The position numbers and the translations under genes are program-made. A model generated the notes under the pieces. The model saw only the letters and a list, made by a program, of their open reading frames with translations, was not told the origin of the DNA and searched no databases. Shown piece by piece: positions 26,927 through 39,601 of a stretch of 64,000 bases of DNA (its first letter is position 1; each line of letters starts with the position of its first letter). Source of the stretch: Octopus sinensis (Eukaryota); NCBI RefSeq assembly GCF_006345805.1, contig NC_043010.1, positions 37,696,001-37,760,000 on the forward strand, written 5' to 3'.

Positions 26927-27744
26927 CAACTTTATCCTTTCTATTTTCGAGTGTGTCGTCAACCTTCACTTTCTCATTTTGAAAAAAGCCAAGCGTACGA
27001 AACGTATTTTTTTTCTCGTCACAGCAAATTGAGCAGAAATGATATATTTTTTTTATTGCGAACTGACAGTTGGATGTCTTAGTAAATTGAAATGGCTTTT
27101 TTTGATCATGCATCAAGTTATCTGATTGCTTATCATCACTATCACACAGTGTCAACATTTCATCATATGAGCGACATTCCACCTGTGACCGTCTCGCTAA
27201 CTTTTCCTCATGCATAAAACATCAGCCAAGGACTGCATTAACCGATGCTTTGAGATCAGTGCACATTATGGCTTTCCCTTTGCAAGACGCATGATACTGA
27301 TTCATTACAGTTAGTAGTAGTAGTGGTAGTTGTAGTAGTAGTTGTTGTTGTTTTAATAGTTGTGGTTGTTAAAATAGTAGTCTTGGTGATAGTGTTGCCA
27401 GTGGTATTGTCAGCAGTGACATTAGACATGTTGGCAGAGGTGTTTGTTGGTTATTGTTCGGTGGCGGTGAAGGTGTCGTTGGCATTGTTGTTAGCAATGG
27501 TCTTGGTGGTAGTGGTATAGCCGGTGGTGCTGGCTGTTATGATTGATGGTGGCCAACTGTTGGCTTTGATTGATTGATTGATTGATTGATTGGTCGATCG
27601 ATCGACCGATCGAGAAAACAGCCAGTACATGAGGAAGAAAAGAGAGAGAGAGAGAGAGAGAGGGAGGGAGAGAGAGAAATAAAGAGAGGGAGAGAGGGAA
27701 AGAGAGAAAGGGAGAGAGAGAGAAAGAGGGAAAGAGAGAGAGAA

Positions 27745-27797
<53 letters not shown>

Positions 27798-28029
27798 TTT
27801 CCGATGGCTGAGTGTCAGAAATCGAAACCTTACATCCATCGACAACAGTATTCCGGTGCAGACGTTGCCACCCAATCACCCATCCAAACATCCACCCCCA
27901 CCTAGCCACCTACAAACCTCACGTATCCAACGCCGACCCCCACCCACAATCAGTAACTCTTTGACTCATTAACTCTTTCTGTCTCTCAATCGGTAACCCA
28001 CTCACACACCCATATATCCACACACACAC

Positions 28030-28600
28030 ACACACCCACAGACACAAACTTACATCCGCAATCGCTCACTCACTCACTCTACACTCATGAGTAGCTCACC
28101 TCCTAACTCACATACACTCCTTCCCCATCTCTCTTCACTCACTATCTCACTCACTCCCTCTCTTCCTCCCTCCCTCATTCACATGCTCTCTCACTCTCTC
28201 TCACACATACACACACACACAAACTTACATCCGCAATCGCTCACTCACTCACTCTACACTCATGAGTAGCTCACCTCCTAACTCACATACACTCCTTCCC
28301 CATCTCTCTTCACTCACTATCTCACTCACTCCCTCTCTTCCTCCCTCCCTCATTCACATGCTCTCTCACTCTCTCTCACACATACACATACACACAAACT
28401 TACATCCGCAATCACTCACTCACTCACTCACTCACTCACTCACTCACTCACTCACTCACTCTACACTCACGAGTTTCTCACCTCCTAACTCACATACACT
28501 CCCTCCCCATCTCTCTTCACTCACTATCTCACTCACTCTCCCTCTTCCTCCCTCCCTCATCCACATGCTCTCTCACTCTCTCACACACATACACACACAC
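28030..28600. repeat. Three tandem copies of a ~175-bp CT/CA-rich unit
   Basis: atgagtagctcacctcctaactcac at 28087 and 28262; third, more diverged copy near 28470. Confidence 0.88.
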
Positions 28601-29006
28601 ATTGGGAGACTCGCAGATAGTCGCATACACTCACACACTCTCTCACAATACATTCACGCACTCAAGCAATCAAACTCGCACGCGCACTCGCGCTCGTCAT
28701 TGCCATCAGTAACAATCAGCCACCTCGGGTCTTCACCACTCCTTCCACACCTCACACTTCCTGAGACACTCTTCTTTCGCATCCACTACACACTCTTTCC
28801 CCCCACCCTACCCTCCACCACATATTAACATCTCCCCACCTTCATCACTTCCACTCCATCGCCATCTCTGATATCGAACCTGGACACCCAACGCTCGCCA
28901 TAATAATGAAGTTTCCGGTGCGTGTTCGAATGAAATTGAAAGCAAATACACACATACATGTGCCAAGTGCTTGAGCATGTATGTATGTATGTATGTATGT
29001 ATGTGG

Positions 29007-29050
<44 letters not shown>

Positions 29051-29275
29051 CACAAGCACATGCACACACACATATATATATTTTGTTATTCATTCCCTGG
29101 TTTCAGCTATCGGTCCCCGGCCATGCTGGGGCACCGCCTTGAGGGGTTTAGTCGATCGTATCGATCCCCATTTATTGTTTCAGTCAGATACATATTTTAT
29201 CGATTACTATTTGTCGAATTTCTAAAGTATATGAGCTAACGTAAACAACATATATATATAATATATATATTATAT

Positions 29276-29357
<82 letters not shown>

Positions 29358-29519
29358 GAAGAAAGGAAAAATGCTGACAAAATAATTTAAGTAATTTAAG
29401 TAATTTAATTAGGTGAAAGTTCTTTTTACCGGTTGCGCATTTGTTATGCTTATCAAAAGATATTCTTTTAAGATAGATTTTTTCCTCTTATCTGATTTTT
29501 CCTCTTATCTTTTTCCTCT

Positions 29520-29572
<53 letters not shown>

Positions 29573-29615
29573 ACAAACTAAATGTGTGGCTTATTAGCAA
29601 TTTGAGCCTGAAGAA

Positions 29616-29934
29616 GGGTACTCACTAGCACCACTATTGCTAGAAATAAGAGTTAAAATAACTCAAAAGCCACAAAGCACTGTACTTAATGACTGACAAA
29701 AGGAGGTAGGTCCCCAGCATATATAGCCAGATCAAATGATTTCGGATTTTTATGCATAGCATAGTGGTTTATTAGTAATTTGAACCTAAAGGCAAAATTA
29801 ATAGAGTTCACAAAAGTGACAAAGGCTTTGTCAGTCATTAAGATAGTGCATTGTGGCTTTCGAGTTGTTTTAACTCTTATTTCTAGCAACCGTGGTGCTA
29901 GTCAGTACCCCCTGTCACTTTTGTGACCTCTGTT
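29616..29934. mobile_element. Foldback/MITE-like element with ~85-bp inverted arms (29616-29703 vs 29826-29910)
   Basis: gggtactcactagcaccactattgctagaaataagagttaaaataactc...gactgacaaa matches the reverse complement of tttgtcagtc...gagttgttttaactcttatttctagcaaccgtggtgctagtcagtaccc. Confidence 0.6.
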
Positions 29935-29959
29935 TATATATATATGACTTCTGGCCGAA

Positions 29960-30175
29960 ATCAGATCGCCATGTTGATTCGCTAGCCTCTGCACGCATTT
30001 TTTTCTCTCCTTGTTTCTTTCTGTGTTTCTTTTCTGTGTATCTTTCTGTAGAAGAGCGTAGGCTCGAAACGTAAAAGACTTGTTTTATTTATATTCCTGA
30101 GCGCCATACTAATACAATTGTTTGTTTGTATTCCACCTGCCTTCGTCTTTTGTTTATTTTCATAAAGCTTCCCGT

Positions 30176-30176
<1 letters not shown>
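29960..30176 (+). mobile_element. Penelope-like short element, family B, hammerhead-like motif at 30042-30077 (duplicated at 30920-31130)
   Basis: CTTT CTGTAGA A GAGC gtag GCTC GAAA CG T A AAAG; followed by (TA)n. Confidence 0.68.
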
Positions 30177-30207
<31 letters not shown>

Positions 30208-30282
30208 TATCCCCAGCATGGCCACAGTCAAATGACTAAAACAAGTAAAAGTAAAAGTAAGTAAAGTATATATATAAAATCA

Positions 30283-30474
30283 ATCCAGACATGAACAAGC
30301 AAGAAAAAACAACAACGCGAGTACGTGGAATAAATACAGTGTTATTGGACGCTCAGGAAAGGAAAGAAAAGAAAGAGGACTTCACGTTTCGAGCGGAGCT
30401 TTTCGTCAGAAATATAGAAAAAGTCCAAAGAAGGGAAGACGGAGAAAGGAAATCGCCAACGATACACACGCGGT

Positions 30475-30479
<5 letters not shown>
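30283..30479 (-). mobile_element. Penelope-like short element, family A, degenerate hammerhead at 30381-30412 (duplicated at 31230-31423)
   Basis: CTGACGA A AAGC tcc GCTC GAAA CGTG: stem II mismatch and GUG triplet; TA tracts on both sides. Confidence 0.68.
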
Positions 30480-30522
<43 letters not shown>

Positions 30523-31701
30523 ATAATATATATATAACAAAATAAATGTGTGGCTTATTAGCAATTTGAGCCTGAAGAAGGGTACTCACTAGCACCACTA
30601 TGCTAGAAATAAGAGTTAAAATAACTCAAAAGCCACAAGCACTGTACTTAATGACTGACAAAAGGAGGTAGGTCCCCAGCATATATAGCCAGATCAAATG
30701 ATTTCGGATTTTTAGGCATAGCATAGTGGTTTATTAGTAATTTGAACCTTTAAGGCAAAATAATAGAGTCACAAAAGTGACAAGGCTTTGTCAGTCATTA
30801 AGATAGTGCATTGTGGCTTTCGAGTTGTTTTAACTCTTATTTCTAGCAACCGTGGTGCTAGTCAGTACCCCCTGTCACTTTTGTGACCTCGTTTATATAT
30901 ATGACTTCTGGCCGAAATCAGATCGCCACATGTTGATCGCTAGCTCTGCACGCATTTTTTTCTCTCCTTGTTTCTTTCTGTGTTTCTTTTCTGTGTATCT
31001 TCTGTAGAAGAGCGTAGGCTCGAAACGTAAAAGACTTGTTTTATTTATATCCTGAGCGCCATACTAATACAATGTTTGTTTGTATTCCACCTGCCTTCGT
31101 CTTTTGTTTATTTTCATAAAGCTTCCGTTATATATATATATATATATATACATATATATCCCCAGCATGGCCACAGTCAAATGACTAAAACAAGTAAAAG
31201 TAAAGTAAGTAAAGTATATATATAAAATCAATCCAGACATGACAAGCAGAAAAAACAACAACGCGAGTACGTGGAATAAATACAGTGTTATTGGACGCTC
31301 AGGAAAGGAAGAAAAGAAAGAGGACTTCACGTTTCGAGCGGAGCTTTTCGTCAGAAATATAGAAAAAGTCCAAAGAAGGGAAGACGGAGAAAGGAAATCG
31401 CCAACGATACACACGCGGTCACATATATATATATATATATATATATTCGACGGAATTTGAACTCAGAACATAAAGACGGACGAAATGTCGCTAAGCATTT
31501 TACTCGGCGCGCTAAATATTCTACCAGCTCGTCGCCTTAATAACAACAACAACAACATTAATTACAAAAGCAATAACATTAATTCTTAATATAGGCACAA
31601 AATGTGGGATTTGAGAGGCGGGGCTTAGCCGATTAGACCAATGCCATTGTTTGTAATTTATCGACGCAGTAAAGATGGCAGACATAGCTAACCACAGCGG
31701 A

Positions 31702-32250
31702 GTGGAGGCGCAATGACCCAGTGGTTAGGGCAGCAGACTAGCGTTCGTAAGAACGCGGTTTCGATTCCCAGACCGGACATTGTGTTTATTGAGCAAAAAC
31801 ACCTAAGCTCCACGAGGCGGGAGGGTGGGGGTGAACACCCCTGTACTCTTTCACCACAACTTTCTCTCACTCTTTCTTCCTCCTTCTGCCACAAAGCAGA
31901 GGAACCATAGTGTAACCCCCTATGGTGTGGTAAACTTTCAGACCCTAGTCTAGATTGCGAATCCTCTGTACCCCAGGATGGTTCAGCTCTCCACCCGTTA
32001 AAAACCACCGTTTACGGAATGAGGATAACAACGTAGCTTTCGCGCCCGTGCAACCGCCAGTCTATCGCGTGTGGTGGGTGGATCTTCAAGTTGTCACACG
32101 CATTCTTAGTAGCTTAGAGCAGGCTCGAATTAGAGATTGTTCTTTGTGGCTAATGGCGTGAGTCCTGATTGGAAGAAGAAGAAGAAGAAGAAGAAGAAGA
32201 AGAAGAAGAAGGAGAAGGAGAAGGAGAAGAAGAAGAAGAAGAAGAAGAAG
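31702..32250 (+). mobile_element. SINE with core X head and a different 3' region ending in a (GAA)n tail
   Basis: Head matches 60328-60717 up to ccacaactttctctcactctttcttcct, then diverges; ends gattggaagaagaag... Confidence 0.6.
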
Positions 32251-33454
32251 ACGACCACAGCGGGATTTAAATCACCACATTCTTCAAGCTCAATTTAAAT
32301 ACAATTCCGAAAATATTTCTGTGAAGTTAGAACTCAGATATATAAGCATTTCTCCGCATTTTTCTAGGTTGCCTCTGTATTTACCAACATTTCCGATGAA
32401 GCCTTACTAATCGTTTCCTCAACAGACCCCATGCATTATTCTTCACATTCAAATTACTTTGGAGATATTTACTGATGTGTGGTTGTATATGAAGTATGGC
32501 TGTCGGTCTATGAAAGAAAATTAACACTTTCAAAACTGACATTTAATACCGGCTTCGACTTTATTAGATTCTACGTAAAATTTCTTTACGTAGTTGACCA
32601 TGCGTTGTAATACACTTTATCAGCGATGCTGCTGCCCTTTGTGTTTATTAGCGGCCAGTGTGAACTGACCCTATTGTTTGCAGCGATTCTCTTACATATT
32701 TGATTTCTCTTCGTTGAAATATTCTACCATGTATCATGTATATGAATTTTTCACGCGTTTTTCTTATTGTCGACTATCGGAACGCTATCCAGCAAATATA
32801 ATTGGCGATGACCGTTGAAGTTTAAGTTGAATATGATTTATTTTCACGACTCTCTTTATTAAGTTCCACGTCTTGTGACACTTCATTCTCTCATTACGCA
32901 ACCCTTTTCTTTCGACGCAACCCTTTTCTTTTGTCGTTGTTTAAGATAGATATTTCCACAGCTATGAAAACCGTTCTCGTTATGAATTGATCTTCAATAG
33001 ATTTATCACCTATCCACAATGGAACGAAAAGATATTGAACAAATATAGATAAGGATTATTTCGTTTGGAATAGAAAATCTCTTCTGTATATACGCTTCTG
33101 AAGATACATGCATTATAATACGATGAGAAGAATCGTTTTCTAACCATGTTATTATTTGACACATTTCAATATCTTTTAGCCATCCCATATGTCACCTCAG
33201 TAATAATCGATTCTGATGGTGGACTTTATTCTTTTATCAATCCGTTAAGCATATATTATTACTGATATTTTCTTTAACACTGCCGGAAGATATTAAGGAC
33301 CAGCTCAGGTTAGTTGGCAATCGAACTCTGAAAGTAAAGAGACGTCACCAAATAATGTATAAGATTTAGTATGGCGTTCTACTATTTCTGCCAACTCAAA
33401 GCTTAACAATTATTGTCATATTGGTATTCATTACGATCTTAATTACGATTTTGC

Positions 33455-33544
<90 letters not shown>

Positions 33545-33725
33545 GTCTGTATGTCTAGCTGTCTGTCTGTCTGTCTAGCTGTCTGTCTGTCTGTCTAGCT
33601 GTCTGTCTATCTGTCTATCTGTCTGTCTAGCTGTCTAGCTGTCTGCCTGTCTGTCTACTGTCCTGTCTGTCTGTCTGTCTGCCTGCCTGTCTGTCTCTCT
33701 ATAGAATAGATAGATACATATATTA

Positions 33726-33890
33726 GATCGCTAGCCACTACACATTCTTTATTTTCTCTCCTTGTTTCTTTCTGTGAAAGAGCATAGGCTCGAAACGTTA
33801 AAGACTTTTTTACTTCCCGAGCGTTATACTAATACATCTCTTTGTTGTCTACACCACCTGTCTTCGTCTTTTGTTTTTTTGTGTATTTTT

Positions 33891-33893
<3 letters not shown>
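33726..33893 (+). mobile_element. Penelope-like short element, family B
   Basis: CTTT CTGTGAA A GAGC atag GCTC GAAA CG T T AAAG at 33768-33803; followed by (TA)n. Confidence 0.66.
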
Positions 33894-33947
<54 letters not shown>

Positions 33948-34579
33948 CATCTATATATATATATATATAATAGATATATATATATCTATATATATATATA
34001 TATATGTGCATGTGTGTGTTTGTGTGTGTAAATATATGAATTTGTCATATAAGATATGGATTCAGAGAATCGTATGTCTATCACACAAAGCTCCTCTTCG
34101 GACTCGTTTAACAATCCACACAGTAATCCAATCCAAAAATGAGTAGAGTATCATCCATGCAGCTGAAATTCTGAAGACCCAATCGATGAATTTCTTTCAT
34201 GAGGGATATATAAACCATAAAAGTCAGGAGATATGAGATGTAAATGTATATATAACCACTTGACATACTTAGGATTACGGCTGTTTCGCACCATTCTTCA
34301 TATTGCAAAAAAAATGCAAGTATGTAAGCATAATCTTTTCTACACTGAAATTATTACTTCACGAAGAAGGCTGCGAAACGGTCGTAGTCCTAGGATGTCA
34401 CATGGTTAAATATATATACTTACATCTCATACCCTCTGGTCTTTATGGGCTATGTACAAGCATACACACACCCACACCACACATACATACGCATACACAC
34501 ACATATACAGACATGCGTGCATACACATATGTACGAAGAAGCACATCGGGACCAATGGTCTTGTCAATACAATGATCAG

Positions 34580-34621
<42 letters not shown>

Positions 34622-34640
34622 GTATATATATACGTATGTA

Positions 34641-36271
34641 CTACTGTTGGACCCGAAATTGCTCGTGTTTTCCATGTTGAAGTGAAGCCCACCTTGTATT
34701 GAATAAGCATATCGATTTTGTTGAAATTTTACATGTGAAAAAATGCAAAAGCTGCAGGAAAAGTAAATTCGTTAGGGAATTTTTATTCAAACGCCCGATT
34801 GAGCTCACAAAAATCGATGCCAACTAAGCGTTATCGAGTTTTCGAAAAATTCCAGCCTTATTTGAACTTCAGGGCATGTGATCTACCTATGTGCCAAAAA
34901 ATCATTAAAATCACTTGGACGGTGTGGAAGGAGTTAGAGTAACCCCAAACACACACCATTACACATTTATGTATTGGGTTGGCAACTAAGTTCCCGCCGT
35001 TTTAAAAAAAATTTTGGAATTTATTGCGTTTTTAAATTTTGGAATGTATTTTTTTCGAGAATTCTATTTTTGAATCATTTTGGAATCTATTTTGATTTTT
35101 TCTCTAGTTAATTTTAGTTACTTTTTGTCTATTTTCAGATCACTAAAATGGAATGTCAAGTGAAGAAAAAGTGCATTTTCGGCACCTCCATCCTTTTGCT
35201 TTTAATCAAGGTTCTAGGGTCACAAAAGCTGCTTGCGACATTTGTGCTGTGTATGGAGAGGGTGCCATAGCTGAAAGAACCACTCGTAACTGGTATGCCA
35301 AGTTCAAAAATGGAAATTTTGACCTCAAAGACGCACCTCGTTCGGCCGTCCAGTTGAGTTCGATGAAGAGCGATTAAACCAACGTTTGCACGAAAATTCT
35401 TGTCAAACGACAAGGGGACTGGCAGAGAAAACGGAATGCTCCTACACTGCTATAGAGAAGCATATTCATTCGATGGGAAAAGCTCAGAAGTATGGAGCAT
35501 GGGTTCCGCATGCTTTAAGTAACAACAACAAAAATCAACGAGCCACTATCTCCGCTGGTTTGCTTGCTCGTCACCGCTCAACGCATTGACACAAGCAACG
35601 ATTTCTTAACAGAACCGTTACTGGTGACGAAAAATGGTGCCTGTACATCAATATGAAGCAGCGCAAGGAATGGCTTAGCCCCGGTAAATAAGCAACACCG
35701 CGCATGAAACAAGATCTTCTTCCGCGTAAAACGATGTTGTGTGTACGGTGGGGCTGGGAATGGATTATCCATTACGAATTGCTTGAACGGAACCAAACGG
35801 TCAACCCGGAACTCGTTCAACAGATGAAACGACTCAAGACGGCTATTCAAGAGAAAAGACCGAATCAGCAGCATGGAGTTCTGCTGCACGACAACGCCCG
35901 CCCTCATATCACCAATATGACCAAGGTAGCCATTCAAACGCATAGCTGGGATGTGCTGCCACACCCGCCGTACTCTCCTGATTTGGCACCAACGGATTTC
36001 TACCTCTTTCGATCTTTTTCAAATGCTATGCGCAGAGTTTCGTTCAATATTGATGCAGAATTGAGAGCTTGGCTGGATCAATTTTTCGAGTCGAAATCGG
36101 GTGATTTCTACCAACGAGGTATTGAAAATCTTGTTGAACGTTGGGAAGAAGTAGTAAACAACAAGGGTGAATACATTATTGATTAATTAGTTATTTTTTT
36201 AAAATTAAACCTTTAAAAAAATTTAAATTAAAAAGAACAGCGGGAACTTAGTTGCCAACCCAATATGTGGA
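34641..36271 (-). mobile_element. Putative short Helitron-like non-autonomous element interrupted near its 5' end by the mariner
   Basis: Minus A|TCCACATA-[mariner]-CATAAATGTG...gtgattttaatgattttttggcac...cacgagcaatttcgggtccaacaGTAG|T; resembles Lep1-type short Helitrons, but the hairpin and CTAG are imperfect. Confidence 0.4.
34974..36263 (+). mobile_element. Full-length mariner (DD34D, mellifera-subfamily-like), disrupted transposase at 35148-36186
   Basis: TA|TTGGGTTGGCAACTAAGTTCCCGC ... GCGGGAACTTAGTTGCCAACCCAA|TA; 1290 bp. Motifs WVPHAL, TGDEKW, HDNARPH-(34 aa)-D in YSPDLAPTDF. At least 2 frameshifts and 2 stops in the 5' half. Confidence 0.97.
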
Positions 36272-36532
36272 TACATGTATGCGCGCGTGTGCGTGTATGC
36301 ATTTATATGCTTTATCTTTTACTTGTTTCAGTCATGAAACTACGGCCAAGCTGGAGCAGCGCCTTGAAAATTTTAGAATCGACCCGAGTACATATATTTT
36401 TTTTAAAGCTTGATATTGATTCTATCGGATATTTTTTTGCCGAACCGCTAATTTATAAAGACATAAGCACAGCAATGCCAGTTGCCAAATGGCGATGGGA
36501 AGACAAAGAATGCAAACACACACACACACACA

Positions 36533-36564
<32 letters not shown>

Positions 36565-36678
36565 ACACACACACACACACACACGCACACACACATACAC
36601 ACACACACAATCTTATCTGTCTGTGTATGTCAGTGTCTCTGTTTCCCTCTTTCCCTGTTTCTCTCTCTCTATATATAT

Positions 36679-36778
36679 NNNNNNNNNNNNNNNNNNNNNN
36701 NNNNNNNNNNNNNNNNNNNNNNNNNNNNNNNNNNNNNNNNNNNNNNNNNNNNNNNNNNNNNNNNNNNNNNNNNNNNNN
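36679..36778. other. Assembly gap (100 N)
   Basis: Run of exactly 100 N flanked by microsatellite, typical of a scaffold join of unknown size. Confidence 0.99.
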
Positions 36779-37444
36779 TATCATTTTTACGATATCTCTT
36801 TCTCTCTCTCTCTCTTTGTTGTCTGCTTTTATCTTTTTCGACATGTCTCTCTCTTTCTTTTCGTTGTCTGCTTCTATCCTTTTCCGACGTCTCTCTCTCC
36901 CTCTCTCTTTATCCCTCTCTTTCGCATCCTTTCTCCTTCATTCTCTTTCACGATCATGCAAACCTCTCTTAATTCTCATTACACCTTCTCCTTCTTCATT
37001 TTCCCTCTATTTCTCCACTACTACACTCTCCCCTCTTCGTCATCTCTCTCTTTCTCTATGATAATGCAATCGCTGTTCTCTCTTCTCCTTCTTTATATTT
37101 CTTCTCCCTCTTTCTCCTCCTACTCCTCCTCTGTTTATCCTCCACCTTTTCTTCTCTACCCCTCTCTTCCCCTCTATCTCTCTCCCTCTCTCCCCTTCTT
37201 TACCCTCTCTCTCCCTCCCTCCCTCTCTCCCTCCTCATTCTACTCTTTCTCCCTTCTTTTCATAAGCCTTGCGTTTGCAGAAACTTTTTGTATTGCATTC
37301 ATCTGTCTTTTCTCTTTATTCTCTTTTACAGTAACACATACACGCATGCACACACGTATACACACACACACACACACCACACACACCACACACACCACAC
37401 CACACACATATATAATACATATATATATATACATACACACACAC

Positions 37445-37495
<51 letters not shown>

Positions 37496-37816
37496 TACAC
37501 TTACCACATTACGTTGTGACTGACACGTTTGTTCATTGCCAGACATTTGGGCCTCATATAATGAGACAGAAAACGGCATACATAAAGACCGTCCAAAGCC
37601 ATAGAAGTTAATCTATAAAGTTCGAATGAAAGAATGAAAAAAGAAACAACAGCAACCACCACCACCACCACCACAACCACAACAACCACCACCACCCACC
37701 ACAAACCACCATCACCACCACCACCACCAACCACCACCACCACCAACCACCCCACAACCACCACCACCAACCACCACCAAGACCAGCACCACCACCAGAA
37801 AACCAGCCACCACACC

Positions 37817-37847
<31 letters not shown>

Positions 37848-37931
37848 CCACCACCCAACACTACTACTACTACCACCACCACCACCACCACCACCACAAC
37901 CACCACTACTACTACTACTACTACCACCACC

Positions 37932-37967
<36 letters not shown>

Positions 37968-38457
37968 TGGTTGGGCGTTCTATATGCTATGATGTGATAT
38001 ATCTTGACATATCGAATGTTTACAAGATATGACATTGATATGCATCATTTCGTGTTTAACAAAAATATCCCATTAACCCTTTCGCCCGATGCTGTTTCGC
38101 TGGGGTTTTTTCTTTGTAAATTTTTGTTGTTTTTATTCTATTTTTTAAAAATTTTATTTGTATGTATGCTGCATGCTTTGTTTGTTTGTTTGTCTGGGTG
38201 TTTGTTTGTCTGGGTGTTTTTTTTTTTTTTGTTTTGCGTTTCGTTGTTTGCTTGCTTGATTGTTTGTCTTCTTCTGTTGTTGGCTTTGGCCGACATACAT
38301 CAGCATTCCTGACAACAACAAGAACGCCACCGATGTGCCCCCCCCCGCCAACGCCGCCACCACCAGCAACAACCGCAGCAGTACCACGACAACCACGAAA
38401 AGAACCACGACCACGATCACCGCCAACACCATCACCACGACGACCACAACGACCACG

Positions 38458-38498
<41 letters not shown>

Positions 38499-39450
38499 AA
38501 CCACCACCACCACAACCCCCACCACTACCACCACAACCACCACCACCACCACCACCAGGATTGGGTCAGGATTGGGTAGTTGACTTTGGTAAGAATTCTT
38601 CCCATTTTTTTCCGGGACAGCTTGTCTATCACTAATCCTCATCCGGTACCTTACTCTCATTTGCTAGCTCCACAGACTATCTGTTTGCACTAGTGTGTCA
38701 CCTCCTTGGCAACGGCATTGGCTGGCTGGCTAAACTGTTGAGATCAGTCGACGATTCTTAAAGACATGGTGATATTCTTCAAAAGCGAGCTCATCACTCA
38801 GTGTATGAGAAGACTGGGTTTCCTGCAGACTGAACGGAGGAAAATCTGCTAGCAGAGGTCAAGATTCATCGGTTAGAGAGGCAATATCCAGTGACATCAT
38901 TGAAAGATATATAACTTGGAGTACGATGAGTCATGAAGATCGCTTTGGCTATGCCGCTACGCTTCTGGTATACCTCCAGTCGCAGGGGTCTTCCTTTGCG
39001 ACTAGTTCATGAAATAAGAGTCGAGAGAACGAGGGTGGTCGTCTGAAGCAACTCGCCCTTACTTATAATCCGACTTCAGTGCACGTCAAGGCTAGGAAAT
39101 TCTTTAAAACCACACAAACAGTAGATCTCTCTTAGCGGCGGCCTGGGTACCATGCACGTCTGTAGCAATATAACAGCAGTTGAAATATATAACTTTCGTA
39201 GTTTTCTGGCTCGTGAGAGCTCACTGAAAGTGTATCATAGGCGGGAGAAGTCGTGATTCTCCGGTCACCCCAGCGGCTGGGTCATCTATGGCTGACGGAG
39301 TTGTCGTCGGTTGAAGTATTCAGAGAATTCTCAGAAAAATAGATGAGATGGTCACGACTAGAATACATCTGAACCTATCTGCTCGATCAGGCTAAACAAT
39401 AGCATTAACAACAAAAACAAAAACAAAAACAAAAACAACAACAACAATAT

Positions 39451-39500
<50 letters not shown>

Positions 39501-39515
39501 GCTACTACTACTGCT

Positions 39516-39546
<31 letters not shown>

Positions 39547-39549
39547 ATG

Positions 39550-39601
<52 letters not shown>

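Larger units (their letters stand above)
29570..31445. repeat. ~0.95-kb direct tandem duplication (29570-30530 vs 30535-31445), probable assembly artefact
   Basis: Copies differ almost only by single-base deletions in short homopolymers. Confidence 0.9.

Noticed and set aside
32260-33290. Complex AT-rich stretch, possible LINE/Penelope ORF relic or GPCR exon
   Set aside because: Stops in all frames examined and no diagnostic motif.
38580-39400. Higher-GC stretch, possible LINE 5' region or exon
   Set aside because: No sustained ORF or transmembrane motif; cannot be classified without a search.
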